Assembly (NCBI GenBank): GCA_038203565.1 | Contig: JBBRDV010000012.1 | Span: 1-30,473 of the forward strand | Source: Atribacterota bacterium | Lineage (GTDB): Bacteria; Atribacterota; Phoenicimicrobiia; Phoenicimicrobiales; Phoenicimicrobiaceae | Length of the DNA stretch: 30,473 nucleotides | Direction of reading: 5' to 3' | Part shown: positions 26,417 through 30,473 of the stretch, piece by piece | How positions within the stretch are numbered: position 1 is the first letter of the stretch | Layout of the letters: every line of letters starts with the position of its first letter | The notes under the pieces: model-generated | What the model saw: only the letters and a program-made list of their open reading frames with translations | Database searches by the model: none | What the model was told of the DNA's origin: nothing | Program-made: the position numbers and the translations under genes

Positions 26417-28228
26417 ATGCCAAAATTAAAAGATATCCCAAAAATAGATCGCCCAAGAGAAAGATTTATAAAAAAGGGGCCTGATGCACTTTCCAAAAGT
26501 GACCTTTTAGCTATTTTGCTTGGAAGTGGGATTAAAGGAAAAAATGTTCAAAAACTTGCTCAACAAATAATAAGTAAATTTGGCAAAAAATTCTTGGATA
26601 TAAGCATTGCTGATCTGTTGAAGATTTCAGGAATTGGACAAGCAAAAGCGTTGCAGGTTATATCAGCAATTTCTTTAGTGAAAAGATTTTACGAAGAAAA
26701 TCACACAACTGATATTGTTATTAAAAATTCAAAAGATGTTTTATCTCTTACTTATGATTTACAGGATAAGAAAAAAGAATATCTTGTGTGTTTATACCTG
26801 AACGCAAGAAATGTTTTAATAAAAAAAGAAATAATTAGCATCGGATTACTTGATAAAAGTTTATTACACCCAAGAGAAATTTTTTATCCAGCTGTTGAGT
26901 TAAATTCCGCAAGTATCATTTTAGTACATAATCATCCAACAGGAGATCCAACTCCGAGCGAAAAAGATAGTGGGATGATTGAAAGAATTGTTCAGGCAGG
27001 CGGGATAATGGGGATTTCTGTTATCGATTTTATTATTACTGCAAGGAATGGAAATTGTAGTTTTTATGAAATCTTGAGGGGTCGCGATCAAACCGTTGAT
27101 TATGTTGCTGAAGGCGTACAGGGAACATTATTTAATCTATTAGAAATAAAAAAACCAACTTATGAGGTAAGCGCGGAAACAATCAAGGAAAATTACTTTT
27201 ATATTCCTCAAGTAAAAAAAAATCATGTCCAATTACAGAATCGTAGATATGTTGGCAGTAAGCATAAGCTAATAAAGTGGATTTTTTCCATTATCAATAA
27301 AGAGTGCGAAGGAAACTCTTTTGCTGATGTTTTTGCAGGAACAGGAATTGTGTCAGCTATAGCTGCAAAACATTTCAGAGAGATTATACTAAACGATTTC
27401 CTTTATTCAAATTATACAATTTATCAAGCTTTTTTCGGCATTGGTGAGTGGGATCAAAATAAAATTGATAATATTATCAAAAATTATAACAATATTTACG
27501 GTGAAGATCTGGAAGACAATTATTTTTCAAAGTGTTTTGGGGGTAAATATTTTAGTCAAAATTCATCAAAGATTATTGGTTTTATTAGAGAAAACATAGA
27601 AGAAAACAAAAACAATCTTACTGAGAAAGAATACCACATACTCATTGCTTCATTACTGTATGCTGTTGATAAAATTGCTAATACCGTTGGTCATTATGAT
27701 GCTTATTTTAAAAAGGATTTTTTAAAAGATGATTTTTTTATGAAGCCGATTGATCCTATTAGCGTCAAAAATGTTTCTATTTTTAGAGAGGATACCAACA
27801 TTTTAGTAAAAAAAATAAAAGTAGATATTGCCTACATTGATCCACCTTATAACTCTAGACAATATAGCAGGTTTTACCATGTTTTAGAGACATTAACTAA
27901 ATGGGATAAGCCAAAATTATATGGAGTAGCATTAAAGCCGGAGCCAGAAAATATGAGTGATTATTGTAAAACTCAAGCTAAAAATAAGTTTGCTGAATTG
28001 GTAAAAGATATTAATGCTAAGTATTTGGTCGTGTCATATAATAATACTTACGATTCGAAAAGTAATTCATCGAGAAATAAAATTACACTCCAAGAAATCG
28101 AAAAGATTTTGAACACAAAAGGAAGAACTAAGATTTTTGAAAAGAGTTATAGACATTTCAATGCCGGAAACACAAATTTTAATAACCACAAAGAATATTT
28201 GTTTGTAACTAAGGTTAATTATGAATAA
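26417..28228 (+). CDS. RadC (UPF0758, HhH+JAB) fused to a D12-class N6-adenine DNA methyltransferase
   Basis: N-half: RPRER...LLAILLGSG, GIGQAKA, HPREIF, HNHPTGDPTPSEKD. C-half: NRRYVGSK, DVFAGTG, YIDPPYN. Confidence 0.9.
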   Translation: MPKLKDIPKIDRPRERFIKKGPDALSKSDLLAILLGSGIKGKNVQKLAQQIISKFGKKFLDISIADLLKISGIGQAKALQVISAISLVKRFYEENHTTDIVIKNSKDVLSLTYDLQDKKKEYLVCLYLNARNVLIKKEIISIGLLDKSLLHPREIFYPAVELNSASIILVHNHPTGDPTPSEKDSGMIERIVQAGGIMGISVIDFIITARNGNCSFYEILRGRDQTVDYVAEGVQGTLFNLLEIKKPTYEVSAETIKENYFYIPQVKKNHVQLQNRRYVGSKHKLIKWIFSIINKECEGNSFADVFAGTGIVSAIAAKHFREIILNDFLYSNYTIYQAFFGIGEWDQNKIDNIIKNYNNIYGEDLEDNYFSKCFGGKYFSQNSSKIIGFIRENIEENKNNLTEKEYHILIASLLYAVDKIANTVGHYDAYFKKDFLKDDFFMKPIDPISVKNVSIFREDTNILVKKIKVDIAYIDPPYNSRQYSRFYHVLETLTKWDKPKLYGVALKPEPENMSDYCKTQAKNKFAELVKDINAKYLVVSYNNTYDSKSNSSRNKITLQEIEKILNTKGRTKIFEKSYRHFNAGNTNFNNHKEYLFVTKVNYE

Positions 28229-29126
28229 TAAAATCAAAAGATCTCCACTGTTTTATGTTGGAGATAAATACAAGTTAATGAAGCAATTAATTAATTTATT
28301 TCCGCAAGAAATAGTTAACTTTTATGAACTATTTGTGGGCGGAGGCACTGTATTTTTAAATGTTGAAGCAAAAAGATATTATTTAAACGATATAGATAAA
28401 AAACTTATTAATATACACAAATTTTTAATCAAAAATTCTAATAATTCAAACAATTTTTTTAAAAATGTTGAAAAAATAATACTTGAATATAATTTATCTA
28501 GGTCATATAAGGAAGATATAATTCCGGATTCGCTAAAAAAAGAATGGAAAAAAACTTATTTTGCTAGATTCAATAAAGAAGGATATGAAAAGCTGAGAGA
28601 GAGTGTCAATAATAATAGAAAAAATGACCCTTTGATTTTGTATATTTTACTTATATATGGTTTTAATAGAATGTTGAGATTTAATGGCGGGGGCAAATTT
28701 AATCTGCCGGTGGGAAATGTTGATTTTAATAAAAATGTTGTTAATGCTTTAAATAATTACTTTGGTTTTGTACGTGATAAAAAAATGACATTAAGTTCAA
28801 AAGATTTTAGAAAGTTTTTTTCTGAAAAAAAATATTCAAAAAACGATTTTGTTTATTTAGACCCTCCTTATTTAATAACTGCGAGCGAATACAATAAATT
28901 TTGGAATGAGAAATCTGAATCTGATTTATTAGACTTAATTGATAAATTAAATAAAAAAGGCGTTAAATTTGCATTATCAAATGTAACCCATTATAACGGA
29001 AGCAAAAATGAGTTATTGATTAAATGGATGAAAAAATACAAAACACATAAGATAGAGAGCAATTATATTAGTTATCACAATAACAGTAAAAAGGAAATTA
29101 AAGAGGTATTGATTACTAATTATTAA
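28221..29126 (+). CDS. Dam-family (D12) N6-adenine DNA methyltransferase
   Basis: RSPLFYVGDK, ELFVGGG, LNDID, FNLPVG, YLDPPY, FALSN, EVLITNY; 8-nt overlap with the upstream gene. Confidence 0.92.
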   Translation: MNNKIKRSPLFYVGDKYKLMKQLINLFPQEIVNFYELFVGGGTVFLNVEAKRYYLNDIDKKLINIHKFLIKNSNNSNNFFKNVEKIILEYNLSRSYKEDIIPDSLKKEWKKTYFARFNKEGYEKLRESVNNNRKNDPLILYILLIYGFNRMLRFNGGGKFNLPVGNVDFNKNVVNALNNYFGFVRDKKMTLSSKDFRKFFSEKKYSKNDFVYLDPPYLITASEYNKFWNEKSESDLLDLIDKLNKKGVKFALSNVTHYNGSKNELLIKWMKKYKTHKIESNYISYHNNSKKEIKEVLITNY

Positions 29127-29129
29127 ACT

Positions 29130-30473
29130 ATGAAAAAACGTCAATCTGAATACAAACCGTTGTTGTTTACTACGACACTTAGAAATCCTGAGCGATTAAA
29201 GGATTTTTTAACCATTTTTAGTGGATATGATGGCGAAATTTTGACGAATGAGGTTGTTGTGAAGGTCGCTAAAACCCTCATTCAAAAGGGGTTATATCAA
29301 CCTATGAAAGTTTCGCAAAGCATAAGAGATAAATGGGAAAACGAAATAGAATTAAGCGAAGCAGAATCCGAACGTGTACTTGCTGACAATCCGCAAAGTC
29401 ACAAAGAAGCAGGTTTTGATAAGGGTTGGGCATCAAGGTTTGATACTTGGTTCAAAATAGCCAAAGAATTGGGTTTTGTATGGTATTGGCAAAACGAGAA
29501 AATAGAGTTTTCGGAAAGCGGAAAAATGTTACTGGACAAAGAAAAACCCGAAAACGAACTAATGGTTTTTGCTAATGCTTTTGCTAAATATCAACGCCAC
29601 AATCCATTTCGCAGAGTTTTGAATAAAAATGTACCTTTGATTCTACTTATTCAGACAATCCAACTTTTAAACAAAGACCAAGATTTTAACGGTACAGGTA
29701 TTTCAAAATTAGAAATCCCTTTGTTGTTGTGTTGGAAAAATGATAATGCAGAAAGTCTATATCAGGAAATCAAAAAATTGCGAAAAAAATATGGCTATTC
29801 GCCAAGTAATGAAACGATTTTAGAGTTTTGTTACAGTTTATTAAATGAGACTAAACGGGACGATAATTCAATTTTAGGCGACTATCCTGATGATTTTATT
29901 CGCAAAATGCGTTTGACAGGTTTAATTTCTTTGCGTGGCGGTGGTCGTTTTATTGACATCAACACAAAAGAAATAGCAACAGTAGATTATATTTTGAAAA
30001 ATTATATTTCTTACCCAAATTTTACTTCTGAAAAACATTTTTTTGAGTATATCGGAACAGTTGATAATAATCTGATTGCAACGCTTTCAGTCTATAGGGC
30101 GCCTGTTAGAATCACAGACAAGGAATTAGAAAAATGGGTAAAACATTATGAATGGGAAACTATTAAAACTGAAATGCTCAATTTGGCACAAAAAAAATCT
30201 TCCGGAGATGACATCTTAAAAGTAATAGAACAACCTTTGCGTTTAGAGTTTTTGACTTCCTTAGCTATTCTAAAAAAACTGCCAAATGTAATAGTAAAGC
30301 CTAATTTTATTTCAGATGACGAAGGTTTGCCTACAAGTTTTGCATCAGGTGGCAATCCCGATATTGAATGTTTGGAAAATAAAGATACGGTTTTGGTAGA
30401 AGTTACACTTTTAACAGGTACACAACAGCACATCAGAGAATCATTTTCGGTACGAAGACATTTAGAAGAATAT
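29130..30473 (+). CDS. AlwI-family type II(S) restriction endonuclease (partial, runs off the window)
   Basis: Open for 448 codons from ATG 29130 (missing from the ORF track): KPLLFTTTLRNPER, HKEAGFDKGWASRFDTW, R.TGLI, DDEGLP..FASGGNPDIE...VEVTL. Confidence 0.85.
   Translation, partial: MKKRQSEYKPLLFTTTLRNPERLKDFLTIFSGYDGEILTNEVVVKVAKTLIQKGLYQPMKVSQSIRDKWENEIELSEAESERVLADNPQSHKEAGFDKGWASRFDTWFKIAKELGFVWYWQNEKIEFSESGKMLLDKEKPENELMVFANAFAKYQRHNPFRRVLNKNVPLILLIQTIQLLNKDQDFNGTGISKLEIPLLLCWKNDNAESLYQEIKKLRKKYGYSPSNETILEFCYSLLNETKRDDNSILGDYPDDFIRKMRLTGLISLRGGGRFIDINTKEIATVDYILKNYISYPNFTSEKHFFEYIGTVDNNLIATLSVYRAPVRITDKELEKWVKHYEWETIKTEMLNLAQKKSSGDDILKVIEQPLRLEFLTSLAILKKLPNVIVKPNFISDDEGLPTSFASGGNPDIECLENKDTVLVEVTLLTGTQQHIRESFSVRRHLEEY

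Larger units (their letters stand above)
25985..30473 (+). mobile_element. Putative tRNA-Ser-anchored accessory/defence island (left part)
   Basis: R-M cassette starts 220 nt after the tRNA 3' end; no integrase or att repeat is visible in the window. Confidence 0.5.

Noticed and set aside
30146..30433. Minus-strand 95-aa ORF (also 22741-22941 and 26189-26407)
   Set aside because: Antisense shadows of the endonuclease, deoD/DUF1624 and XRE genes

Overview
AT-rich bacterial chromosomal window; gene style suggests an anaerobe such as Atribacterota/JS1 (inference only). 1-3.75 kb is a decaying locus: a divergent glycyl radical enzyme gene (two -1 frameshifts; unusual GCQEP and VRIHGQY motifs), a convergent frameshifted activating enzyme with an altered radical-SAM motif, and a truncated DUF362 gene. 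3.76-20.9 kb is mostly housekeeping: histidine phosphatase, CDF transporter, dacB, TPR-lytic transglycosylase, Zn-ribbon protein, frameshifted HTH_17 gene, 5xLysM-M23 peptidase, dppABCDF, carD, folD (lacking the cyclohydrolase Lys) and a divergent mnmG. 21-26 kb has tRNA-Ser(GCT), four genes (hypothetical, deoD, DUF1624, murD), then tRNA-Arg(ACG)-tadA-tRNA-Ser(CGA). Directly after the last tRNA is an accessory restriction-modification cassette: XRE regulator, RadC(JAB)-N6-adenine methyltransferase fusion, second Dam-type MTase, and an AlwI-family endonuclease that runs off the window end.
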